Of a stretch of 64,000 bases of DNA, positions 54,089 through 64,000 are shown piece after piece. The notes beneath the pieces are model-generated. The model saw nothing but the letters and a program-made list of their open reading frames with translations, had not been told where the DNA came from and did no database searches. Origin of the DNA: Azolla caroliniana (Eukaryota; Plantae; Polypodiophyta); assembly GCA_043228905.1 (NCBI GenBank), contig JBHGNT010000008.1, positions 18,166,001 through 18,230,000 on the forward strand. Reading direction: 5' to 3'. Within the stretch, counting starts at the first letter, position 1; each line of letters starts with the position of its first letter. The position numbers were made by a program, and so were the translations under genes.

Positions 54089-55126
54089 ATTTTTATGATA
54101 AGAAATATAATCACGAAATATTAAAGGATGTTCTAGAATGTTCTAGAATGTTCTAGAATGTTCTAGAATATTCTAACTGTAATAACTAAAAATATAATTA
54201 TTATAATCACACAACATATATGTTATTACAATGGTTAAGGGTTCAACACATAGACCAAGAAGTCGTGGGTTTGATTCTTGAGAAGCCAAAATGTTGTCTT
54301 CATGACATTATGCCCCCTTTCGATGACGAGTTCCACGAGTTAGAAGACAAGAGTTCGGACTTGGTTTATGGGGATATTTGTCGTGAAATGAAACAACCAT
54401 GTTAGAGGCATTACCAAGCTCCCATGTTCGATCATTAGGTGTATAACCTACCCAATCAACCAAATAATATAGTTTGTTGCGGTTGATCTTGGAGTCGAGA
54501 ATGGCAGCAACCTTATATTCAGAGCCATTGGATTTAACTTTGATTGGAGGTGGGGGAGGTGTAAGACGATCCAGAATAGAGCTTGTTGTGTAGGGCTCCA
54601 AAAGTGAAACATGGAAGACCGGGTGAAGACGCATATGAGGAGGGAGATCAAGACGAAATGTCACATCATTGATCTTACCAGAGATCACATATGGGCCGAA
54701 ATGTTGATAATCCAATTTGTAGCAAGGTCGGGTGGTTTTAATGCTACCTTGTAAGAGCCATACACGATCTCCTACTTGAAATGTAGTCGATGAATCACGC
54801 CGATGATGATCAACAATCTTCTTTTGAGTGTTTTGGGCATCACATAAAATGATGCAAAAGTATATCCTGAACTTCTTGGAGTCGAGTGAGCCGATCTTCA
54901 ACAATTGAGTTTTGCGGTAGTTCGGGATGTTCAAGTATCGTCGAACGAGGATGGTACCCAATGTTAGCAAAAAATGGGGAATATCCATTAGAAGAATGTT
55001 TAGAGTTGTTCTAAGCAAATTCTCCCAAATGTAATAAATCCACCTGATCATCTTGTTGATAGTTGACAAAACAACGTAGATATTGTACGTCTGTTTCGGT
55101 TGGCGGCGTAACATTTGTTGACGATC
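54089..55126 (-). mobile_element. Truncated second copy of the Tcn1-like chromovirus deletion derivative (gag end, integrase C-terminus, chromodomain, partial 3' LTR)
   Basis: Near-identical to 59440-60401 plus 61140-61206. Motifs FQVGDRVWL, GPY, LHPVFHVSLLEP and chromodomain Y.VAAILDSK..YYLVDWVGY..RTWE. PPT adjoins the LTR end at 54307. Confidence 0.9.
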
Positions 55127-55349
55127 ATTGTTGTGACCGTAGTGTCGTGACAAGGAGTGCGAGCAAACTAGCACAACTATTGAGATGATATGGGAAGAGT
55201 AAGAAAAGAAATAAAGCAATGATGCAAGTGAAACTAAGGTGAGTAGGATTAGAGGTGAACAAGAGTAAAAGAGAATGAGAGAATGAGATGAAAGAAGAAG
55301 AGAAGAGTGAGTGAGAAAAAAGAAAAGCTTAAGAATTTTTCATTAGAAA

Positions 55350-55401
55350 GACCTTGTGCAAACTAGTTTCGCTCTAGGTAGAGCTCATAAGTGCCAAGGT
55401 C
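55350..55401 (-). ncRNA. Minimal type I hammerhead ribozyme fold (core CUGAUGA altered to CUUAUGA)
   Basis: Minus strand: GACCTTG GCA CTTATGA GCTCTA CC TAGAGC GAAA C TA G TT | TGC A CAAGGTC. This gives stem I, core, a 6-bp stem II, GAAA, a palindromic mini stem III (AACTAGTT) and a GUU cleavage triplet. Confidence 0.8.
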
Positions 55402-55432
55402 ATTTACAACAAGAGGGTAGGTTTTTATAGCG

Positions 55433-55483
<51 letters not shown>

Positions 55484-56572
55484 GGAGTTTAATGATGGGA
55501 GAGAGGGAAATGGGGAATTGTGATAGGCAAAGGATTGATTAGTGAAAGTGGGTTAGAGGGGGGTTATTTGTATGTATATGCTAAGTGATAGGTGGGGGTG
55601 GGCTCTAAGAAGAGGGGGATTATAGGGGTGGGATATAAAAGGCATATAGTATTAAGTGGGAGTATTTATGGATTTATATTTAGTTTTGACGAGAAGGGAA
55701 TGAATGGACTTAGACTTAGTCCAACATATGAAGGGTTGCGGTAGTTTGGATAGTTGGGGATGTGTGGCTAAATCTGCGTGGAGGTTTTCTAGCATGTCGT
55801 GAATTCCTAATCTAGGGGTATCTTTTGTATACCTAAGTTTGAAGATGACAGGTATAAGGGTACTTTTAGGTTTTCTACTAAATACTAGTGATTTCCTAGC
55901 GCTAAATGGGACCTTTTTATAATTCTCTAATATAAAAGAAAGGGGATATCCTCTCTTAACTAATCTACTAAAAAATAGTTTTTTCATTCGAAAGGAAACC
56001 TAAGGGGGTACTTTCTCTAATTAGGTATCGTTTTAGTTCATTAATAATAAAATGACGTTTTAAATGAAGGGGGTGAACTGACGAGAATGAGAGATACTGG
56101 TAGGCATTTTGGGGCTTTTGGTAGCAATTAAAGGAGAAATGTGAATTCTTTAGGTTAATCCATAAATATAAGAACGGTAATCTAAAGGGAGAAGTGGTGA
56201 TGGTAATTTTGATGCAATTATTAGTGGAGGTGTTATAGAATTGGAGGTAATTTTCTAATTCGGGTTTAGTACCTATCGATATCCCGAATGCATCATCTAT
56301 ATATCTAGTGAAATAAAAAAGATTAGGGTGTGATGGTTGGGAGTTCTCTAAGTGAGCTAAGAATAGGCATGCATAAACTACAGAAAAATTACTACCCATG
56401 GCTGTACCCTTGACTTGTTGATAGATCATGTCATCAAAGGATAGAAAGTGATATTCTAACGTGAGTGTGCTAAGTGTATAGATAAGGTTAGTTTTAGAAG
56501 ATGAAAAATGTGGGGTAATCATTTTTCGTAAAGCTTGGAGTCCTAACCTAGGGGGTATGCTGGGATATAAAG

Positions 56573-57027
56573 TGTTACGGGCATGACCATATAATATCCC
56601 GTGGTAAGAATTTACCGTAGTATTCTATACACGTGGATAAGTGTGAGGGTTAAACGAGAGTGTAAAGAAGGGGAGGATTACTTTTAATCCTCGGGATTGA
56701 GACAACCCATTAGGTCAAGTGTGAACTTGCCTAGGGGCCTTGGGTATCGCTATAAATAAGAGGCCTAGCTACCCTCATTTCATCATCTTTTGACTACATC
56801 GAGACTCTGCTCGTGTGGTGGGTCAACTCTTGTAGCGAGCGCGCCAGCACCAGGTACGACTCGACGCCACGGCGGTGGTATGGGACGCCGATCGAGGCTC
56901 GAGTCCGTCTCGATCCCTTCGCTCGGGGGTGGTCGGGTGGATCGGCACCCTTCTTTCTCTTTCTCCTTTCTATCTATCTTTTCATTATCCTTATCTTAAG
57001 CTTACGTTAGTACCGAGATCTATAATA
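56573..57027 (+). mobile_element. Solo LTR inserted in the PLE RT
   Basis: TGTTA...TAATA (decayed TAACA); perfect TSD taaag at 56568-56572 and 57028-57032; internal TATAAATA. It splits the RT motif FDVESL/YPSIP. Confidence 0.88.
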
Positions 57028-58028
57028 TAAAGATTCAACATCAAAGGTGAAGATAAAGCTATTAGGGGGTGGGTTGAGATGTTCTAAAGTCTGGACAAGG
57101 GAATGTGAGTCTTTCAAATATTGCTTCTGAAGGAGAAGGATAGGCATGAGTTGGTGGTGAAGCCATTTTGATGTTTGTTCAAAAAGGGAGTTATTGTATG
57201 AGCAAATAGGTCTAAAACCTATTGGGTTTTATGGAGTTTTGGGAGGAAATAGATATTGCATACTCGGTACCCTTTTGAGGGTTTATGTAGTATGTAGTTG
57301 GCTTCTATGTTGGATAGGGTACCAAGATGGTTATTAACAATGCTTTTCAATCTATAGGATAATTCCTCAAGTGGATAGTGGTAGACTTTTTTATATGTAT
57401 TAGTATCAGAAAGGTTTTCTATAGCTTTGTTGTAGTACGTGTCCTTATCAAGAACACACACTCCAACATTCTTGTCAGCAGGTAGGATTATGATTTTGTT
57501 GTTTTTCTTAAGAGATTGTAAGGCTAGTGATAAGTGAGGTGCAATCCTAGTGGGTTTTAATTTGAGTGTATGAAGTGTGTCCCTAAAGATAGTTTGGTGT
57601 TTAGATATAATGTTTTCTAGGGGAGTGTACTTAGTAGGAGGTTGCCAACTAGGGTTAGGTAGCTTAAAGGGATTTTGGGGCAAATTATCCACATCTTTAA
57701 AAAAAATGTTTAAGTCGAAGGGTCCTACTTAGGCTATCAAATTCTTTAAGTAGGGTAGGGGATGATGGTGGAGAAGATGGGAGGATGTGTTTCAAACCTA
57801 GGATAAGGAGTTGTGTCTCATGTTTAGAGAGGGAATAATTAGAGTGGTTGTGGATCCTACTAATTCTAGGTTTATTAAGGAGAGGTGTCCAAAATTTATT
57901 ACGGGGTTTCCTACTATGGGTCTTTTTCACATATGGGGAGACGGGAAAATTAGATGTATGACGTCCTAACCACATGAAAGTATCTAAAGTAGAAGTAGGT
58001 CTATCGAGAAGGTAAAAGAGATGTTTCG

Positions 58029-58092
58029 CGGGATGTATGGCGTGCCGAAACTGTTTACTATCCCGTTTGGCACGCCTAGCTACACGTTTTTT
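58029..58092 (-). promoter_or_regulatory. Candidate -1 programmed ribosomal frameshift signal between PLE ORF1 and RT
   Basis: In-frame slippery heptamer A_AAA_AAC (58092-58086), 9-nt spacer, stem GGCGTGCC/GGCACGCC, and loop CGGGAT complementary to downstream ATCCCG. The -1 frame is open into ORF 57697-57975. Confidence 0.8.
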
Positions 58093-58681
58093 GTCCTAAC
58101 ATTATTACATGGGAAAGTTTGTAGTTTCGTGGGAAGGGGGCGATTATTGTGAGTACGGACAGGTTGTTTTCTATGAGGGATTTCATATACGTGTGGGGGA
58201 AATTTAGAGGGTGCGGTAGAATATTGAAATCTACTAGAAGTAGAAGGGGAGTTATGTGTAAAGAAGGGGGGGGGGGGTATGTGTAGGAAATGCATGAAAA
58301 GGGGGAGGGGTATAGTTTGGAAATAGGGAAACGTTGTGGGGGTTATTAGGGGGGAAATGCATAGGGGTATGGTTAAAAAATGGGGGAGGGGTATGAGGGG
58401 GTTTATAGAAAATAAAGGGGGGGCATGCATCAAATTTGTAGGAAGCAAGGAGGGGGGGGGAGGGGTGTGATTAGGGTTAAACACATATGGGAAGTGAGAG
58501 GCTATGTTTGAAATTGTCTGCAGGGGTGGGGTGGGGAGGAGAGGAGGAGGAGGGCCAAGAAGGAAAGATGGAAGGTCGTTCGTGCCATGGCTTGCATGAT
58601 CTCCTGCACAGCCGCCATGGGGATACACTTCTTGTCTTATGTTGGCACATGTGCCGCTTCCATAAGATGTACGGCCTTCGC

Positions 58682-59172
58682 ATTGGATGAAATGACTCGG
58701 GAGATGCCACATTTGGAACTAATTTAATTAGACCAACCTTCCAAGCTTGAGGCATACAACCAGAATCCCAAGAATGTTGAAACATCAAAGTTCAGGGCCA
58801 CTTTAAAATGTTCGAATATCGCTTAAAAACTTCATTTGTCAAGTCATCCTAACCATGGCTCTTATCACTAAGAGGATGCCTTAAAACCATATCCACCTCA
58901 TCCTCAGTGAAATCCACATCCAATTCATGACTAATGAGGTCACGCACAATACATTCAACCACATCATAAAACTCATGACGTGCTCTACTCATATAATTTG
59001 TCATTAACAATTGTGGGCCAATCAACTCCTTAAAGTAATGAACATATATGTCAATTATTGTAGTAGGATCCACTATCAATTCATCCCCTTGTTTCACATG
59101 TACCACATTAGATCAAGCATAAGTAGGATGTAACACTTGGAAAAACAAATGAGATTGACATTGATTATCTAT
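58682..59172 (-). pseudogene. L1-type LINE ORF2 fragment (pre-RT and RT start)
   Basis: FTEDEVDMVLRH..DKSHG and WDSGCMPQAWKVGLIKLVP motifs. Confidence 0.8.
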
Positions 59173-62100
59173 TGTCGAGACTCGTGGGTAGGAGATAGAG
59201 TGAGAGCGAGAGCGAGAGCGATAGCGAAAGAGTGTGTGTGTGTGTGTGTGTGTGTGTGCATGAGAGAGTGAGAGAGATAAGACTTGAAATAGAAGTGAGA
59301 TTATATTATGATGAAACAAGATTACAATGAGTAGGCTAAGGGCTAAAGACTGGTGTTGAACCGAATGAGTTGAAATGAATGTATGGACACTTATTTATAG
59401 ATCCTTATGGAGTATTCTAGAATGTTCTAGAATATTTTAGATTTTTATGATAAGAAATATAGTCACGAAATATTAAAGGATGTTCTAGAATGTTCTAGAA
59501 TATTCTAACTGTAATAACTAAAAATATAATTATTATAATCACACAACATATATGTTATTACAATGGTTAAGGGTTCAACACATAGACCAAGAAGTCGTGG
59601 GTTTGATTCTTGATAAGCCAAAATGTTGTCTTCATGACATTATCCCCCCTTTCGATGACGAGTTCCACGAGTTAGAAGACAAGAGTTCGGACTTGGTTTA
59701 TGGGGATATTTGTCGTGAAATGAAACAACCATGTTAGAGGCATTACCAAGCTCCCATGTTCGATCATTAGGTGTATAACCTACCCAATCAACCAAATAAT
59801 ATAGTTTGTTGCGGTTGATCTTGGAGTCGAGAATGGCAGCAACCTCATATTCAGAGCCATTGGATTTAACTTTGATTGGAGGTGGGGGAGGTGTAAGACG
59901 ATCCGGAATAGAGCTTGTTGTGTAGGGCTCCAAAAGTGAAACATGGAAGACCGGGTGAAGACGCATATGAGGAGGGAGATCAAGACGAAATGTCACATCA
60001 TTGATCTTACCAAAGATCACATATGGGCCGAAATGTTGATAACCCAATTTGTAGCAAGGTTGGGTGGTTTTAATGCTACCTTGTAAGAGCCATACACGAT
60101 CTCCTACTTGAAATGTAGTCGATGAATCACGCCGATGATGATCAACAATCTTCTTTTGAGTGTTTTGGGCATCACATAAAATGATGCAAAAGTATATCCT
60201 GAACTTCTTGGAGTCGAGTGAGCCGATCTTCAACAGTCGGGTTTTGCGGGAGTTCGGGATGTTCAAGCATCGTCGAATGAGGATGGTACCCAATGTTAGC
60301 AAAAAATGGGGAATATCCAGTAGAAGAATGTTCGGAGTTGTTTGAAGCAAATTCTCCCAAATGTAATAAATCCACCCGATCATCTTGTTGATAGTTGACA
60401 ACATAGATTGACATATTCGCATTCGTGGGATTTTCCATTCGAATGCAAACGAATACACATACATTCGTGTGGTCAAGTATTCGTTTAAAGAAAAAGAAGG
60501 AAAAAAAGGAGATGAACTCCCTCCTTTTAGTTTCTTAGGAAAAAAAAAGGGGGACTTGACAATAAAAAGGGGATAATAAAATAGAGAGTTGAGAGAGACT
60601 TGACAATAATAAATTTTCATTGGAAATCTTGATTCTTTACTAAATAAATAAATAAAATAAAATAAATTTTCGTTTTATTTTTAATAAATAAATAAAAGAA
60701 AAGAAAGGTTCATTAATTCTTCACCTTTTCTTTTCCTAAAATTTATGGATATTTTTACTTGACATTAAAATTGAGACTTCACATTAATCATGTTTTCATA
60801 GTAAATATAAAAATATTCGTTTTTTTAAAACAAAAAAATCAATTATTTAAATAAAATAAAGGTTCATAAACTCTCCTCTTTTTTTATTTGACACTAGAAA
60901 GGAGAGTTTATACTAATCATATTTTTATAATTTATTAATGAATAATTGTTCTTTTTTTAGTGAATTAAATTTATTTATTTATTTATAAATAAATAAATAA
61001 ATAAATAAATAAATTTTTTGTATATTTATTTTACAAAATGAATGGTTTTTAAATATTCTTAGGGCCATTTTGTATTCTCGAATATTGGGAATATCAGGCA
61101 TGGAGAATATGACGAATATCACGCATGTGTCAATTTATGGTTGACAAAACAACGTAGATATTGTACGTCTGTTCCGGTTGGCAGCGTAGCATTTGTTAAC
61201 GTTCAGAACGTTGCTCGAATAGGCAATTATCACATCGCACAGCTCGACTAATGGCCTCTGTAAGAGACTTTGGATCTTCGTGGAAAGTAAGAAAAAGATC
61301 TTTGACATCGTTACGCAAACCCTGACAGAATTGATCCATTAAGCCTGCCTCATCCCAAGGGATGTGACATGCCAAGAGACGGAAATTTATTGTGTAGGCT
61401 GAAGTGGGAGATCTTGTTGGAGTCTTGGAATCTTGTTTATTGCCGTTCTAATGCTATCAGTGTCTCTAAAACTAGCTTGAAACTCTTTAACGAATGCCTC
61501 AAAATCCTCCAACAATGGAGATTTCTTCTCTTGAAGTGGTGCAAACCATGCTAATGTTGTACCGCTTAGCAAGGTTCCTATTAATCCCACACGAGCAACA
61601 TCAGTTGGGTACCGATTGGGATGTAATTGAATCACCAAACGGACTTGATTTAAGAAACCTCGAAACAAAGATCGGGTACTATCAAACTTGGTAGGGAGGC
61701 TAATCTTTGGTTCCCTTGGGGAGTTTTGAACCCCTGCCGTTTGTTCTCGTAATGTTAATATAGTAGCCTCGAGTTGATGAACCCGTTGTGATAACTCCTC
61801 ATATTGATGAGCTTTTTCGGTACTCACTTGTTGTAAATCCCCGAGTAGCCTATGATTTTCTTGCTCTAATGCCACAAACTTAGTCGTGAGCATGTCGAGC
61901 TCAGAAAGGATACGCATATACTCTTGCTTGCTGACGGATTCCATAACTAAGGGGGGAAAAGAAAGAAGGGAAAAGAAGAAAGCTTGCTAGGGTTATTGGA
62001 AAAGGAAACAAAAATATTCGGTTCAAACTGTCGAGACTCATGGGTAGGAGATAGAGTGAGAGCGAGAGTGATAACGAAAGAGAGAGGGTGTGTGTGTGTG

Positions 62101-62502
62101 TGCGTGCGAGAGAGAGAGTGAGAGAGATAAGACTTGAAATAGAAATGAGATTATATTATGATGAAACAAGATTACAATGAGTAGGCTAAAGGTAAAGACT
62201 AGTGTTGAACCGAATGAGTTGAAATGAATGTATGGACACTTATTTATAGATCCTTATGGAGTATTCTAGAATGTTCTAGAATATTTTAGATTTTTATGAT
62301 AAGAAATATAATCATGAAATATTAAAGGATGTTCTAGAATAATCTAGAATGTTCTAGAATATTCTAATATCTCGTAATAACTAAAAATATAATTATTATA
62401 ATCACACAACATATATATTATTACAATGGTTAAGGGTGCAACACATAGACCAAGAAGTTGTGGGTTCAATTCTTGATAAGCCAAAATGTTGTCTTCATGA
62501 CA
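59173..62502 (-). mobile_element. Tcn1-like chromovirus deletion derivative (LTR-gag-[no PR/RT/RH]-INT C-terminus-chromodomain-LTR)
   Basis: LTRs 62029-62502 (5') and 59173-59639 (3') with aatgttctag repeats. Gag 61944 to about 61150 (PREPKISLPTKFDSTRSLFRGFLNQVRL); chromodomain before 59640; PPT next to 59640. No tRNA PBS but a self-priming site. Flanks (tctat/acgga) do not form a TSD. Confidence 0.9.
60402..61139. mobile_element. hAT-type MITE inserted in the chromovirus derivative
   Basis: TIR catagattgaca / tgtcaatttatg (11 of 12 match); perfect 8-bp TSD gttgacaa at 60394-60401 and 61140-61147. The empty site is visible at about 55062-55069. Confidence 0.93.
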
Positions 62503-62586
62503 ACGGATAGCTGGAATTTGTCATTGGCATTTCGAACACACAATTACAAAGAGGCGGATGGGTTTAGTGGATGTGCTAAACCACAC

Positions 62587-62914
62587 ACTCTGATACCATG
62601 TTAATAATTAGGTGATTAACTACGGGTTAAGATAAGCGGAAGATTAAGTGATATGTGTGTGAGAGGAAGTTACACTTATGAACAACACAAGATGGGGGAT
62701 GATTAACTCTATATTAAATTAGCATTATCATCATCATCATCAAATACAAAAATACCCACAATGAGGTATATATAGATCTCATGTGCAAGGGTGCACATGT
62801 GTGAGGAGAATATAGGTACAAGGGTGTAAGTCCTATATTAAATGTACTTGTGAATGGAGGATCTAGAATATCCCACTTAAGTACAAGGTCCTAGTTAAGG
62901 CATTATAGTCAACA
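62587..62914 (-). mobile_element. LTR with adjacent tRNA-iMet PBS (truncated Copia-like 5' end)
   Basis: Plus ctctgatacca (tggtatcagag on minus) abuts TGTT at 62599; candidate other end AACA at 62914. Confidence 0.65.
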
Positions 62915-62979
62915 CTTCTAACTAGATTTTATCTAGGTAACTACTAAATTACATGGTTGACTAACTAACTAAACTAAGT

Positions 62980-64000
62980 TGAGCTTGATCTCTCAACAGT
63001 ATACTATCACAACAATAAATCTAGCAAGTGTATTTCAAGAAGTGGAGCAAGGAAAAAGTGAACAAGGTACAATGGCCTTGGTGAATGGGCGCTTTGATGA
63101 AGTGATGGTGCACTTGCGACAATCTCAAGCAACTCACAACATCATTATTGATGGTGGCAGCTCTAGAGGGCATCAAGGAGTAACTTGTTATTCTTGTAAA
63201 GAGGAGGAAAACATCTTAACAAGATGGCCTCATCGACAACAAAGAGATATGGGAAGAGGCATGTATCAAGAGTAAAGGAATGGGCACCGACCTATCAATA
63301 ATGGAGTCAAAGGAGGCGAAGCCATAACACTTCCTATAGCTCAGGTTCCGACAATTCCTTATAATGTGAATCTTCTGAATTTGATTGATGATAGTGATAA
63401 TGCTTGTGAAGTAGTTGGACTTGTGAAAAGGACAAGAGCCTCCAAAAAGGAGAAAGAAGTAGAAGGAGAATCTAGTGCATCACATAAAAAATAAAGAATT
63501 GAAAGGAGAATCTAGTAATTCTCAATAAAAGAAAGCTAAGGAGACTAATTTGGAGGATAGACCTAGAAAGAAACATCCACGAAGAAAAATTAAAATTGAT
63601 GATATGCCTATGGGGAAGAGTGTGGAACCATTCAATCTCAAGCAAGAGTTAATCTCTTGTGCACTGCAGGTTACTTGGCCACAACTTCTTCAACTTTCTC
63701 TAACACAAAAAAAGGAGTGGGAATGTGTATTGAGTATACAAAAAAATATAAAGACATGACCTTTTACGAGAATTGTGCTAGTGAAAGATCAAATGAATAT
63801 TCGACCCACTATTTTGGTAACCATGAAAGGTCTTTTAATTAAGGATGCCATAGTAAATAGTGGTATTAGAATTGGTCCTTCATCCAATGTCATAGTGAAT
63901 AAGATTGGAAATCCTATTTGTCAAAAGTCCTCCAACAAGGTTGACATGGTTGATAGGGGTTTGGTTCCTTGTTTGGGAACTATAGAGGATATGGTTATTG
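62980..64000 (+). pseudogene. Highly decayed Gypsy gag/protease region
   Basis: Degenerate zinc knuckle VTCYSCKEE..I...P and segment PFNLKQEL...VTWPQLLQLS typical of the gag-PR linker; many stops. Confidence 0.55.

Larger units (their letters stand above)
55127..58680 (-). mobile_element. Penelope-like retroelement (PLE), apparently endonuclease-deficient, 5'-truncated, with several frameshifts and stops
   Basis: PLE-type RT motifs across 55652-58085: HNHSNYSLSKHETQLLILGLK, IILPADKNVGVCVLDK..YY, IYFLPKLHK, RPICS, FTFDVESL|YPSIP, YQQVKGTAMGS, RYIDD, LPFL, YQKP..YLSFSSVHP, RGYP. No GIY-YIG motif seen at either end. Pro-rich ORF1 at 58080 to about 58680. Confidence 0.9.

Noticed and set aside
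55127-55350. Telomeric repeats at the PLE junction
   Set aside because: No TTTAGGG or TTAGGG array is visible at either end of the element.
58477-58788. ORFs 58477-58788 and the first codons of 58080-58712 as genuine starts
   Set aside because: They cross the L1/PLE junction at about 58682, so the real PLE ORF1 start is missing.
59640-60620. 326-aa ORF as a host chromodomain gene
   Set aside because: Its N-terminus is read from the inserted hAT MITE and the remainder is retroelement integrase C-terminus and chromodomain.

Overview
Plant (probably non-seed land plant, inferred from the TE lineages present) nuclear DNA. It holds one intact host gene, a 13-exon NRAMP1/6-type metal transporter (minus strand, 24270-35957, 528 aa), inside a dense field of nested, mostly decayed transposable elements. 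Left arm: LINE fragments and a Copia element (7906-18882, minus) that contains a second Copia (10331-15605, plus, CCCAC TSD) and a solo LTR. Right arm: an inverted L1 fragment carries a solo Copia LTR and a non-autonomous Gypsy element (42599-54052). Inside that sits a related autonomous-type Gypsy (45026-52886, tRNA-Trp PBS, 4-bp TSD), which itself carries a palindromic LTR-derived insertion (47164-47927, 274-bp inverted arms, TTGGA TSD). Two copies of a self-priming Tcn1-like chromovirus deletion derivative follow. The most notable item is an endonuclease-less Penelope-like retroelement (about 55127-58680, minus). It has a Pro-rich ORF1 joined to the RT frame by a candidate -1 frameshift signal (A_AAA_AAC plus stem-loop/pseudoknot), and a minimal type I hammerhead ribozyme fold just behind a TATA box at its 3' end. 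Several hAT- and Mutator-type MITEs with clear TSDs are also present. All calls come from reading the sequence; no database searches were run.
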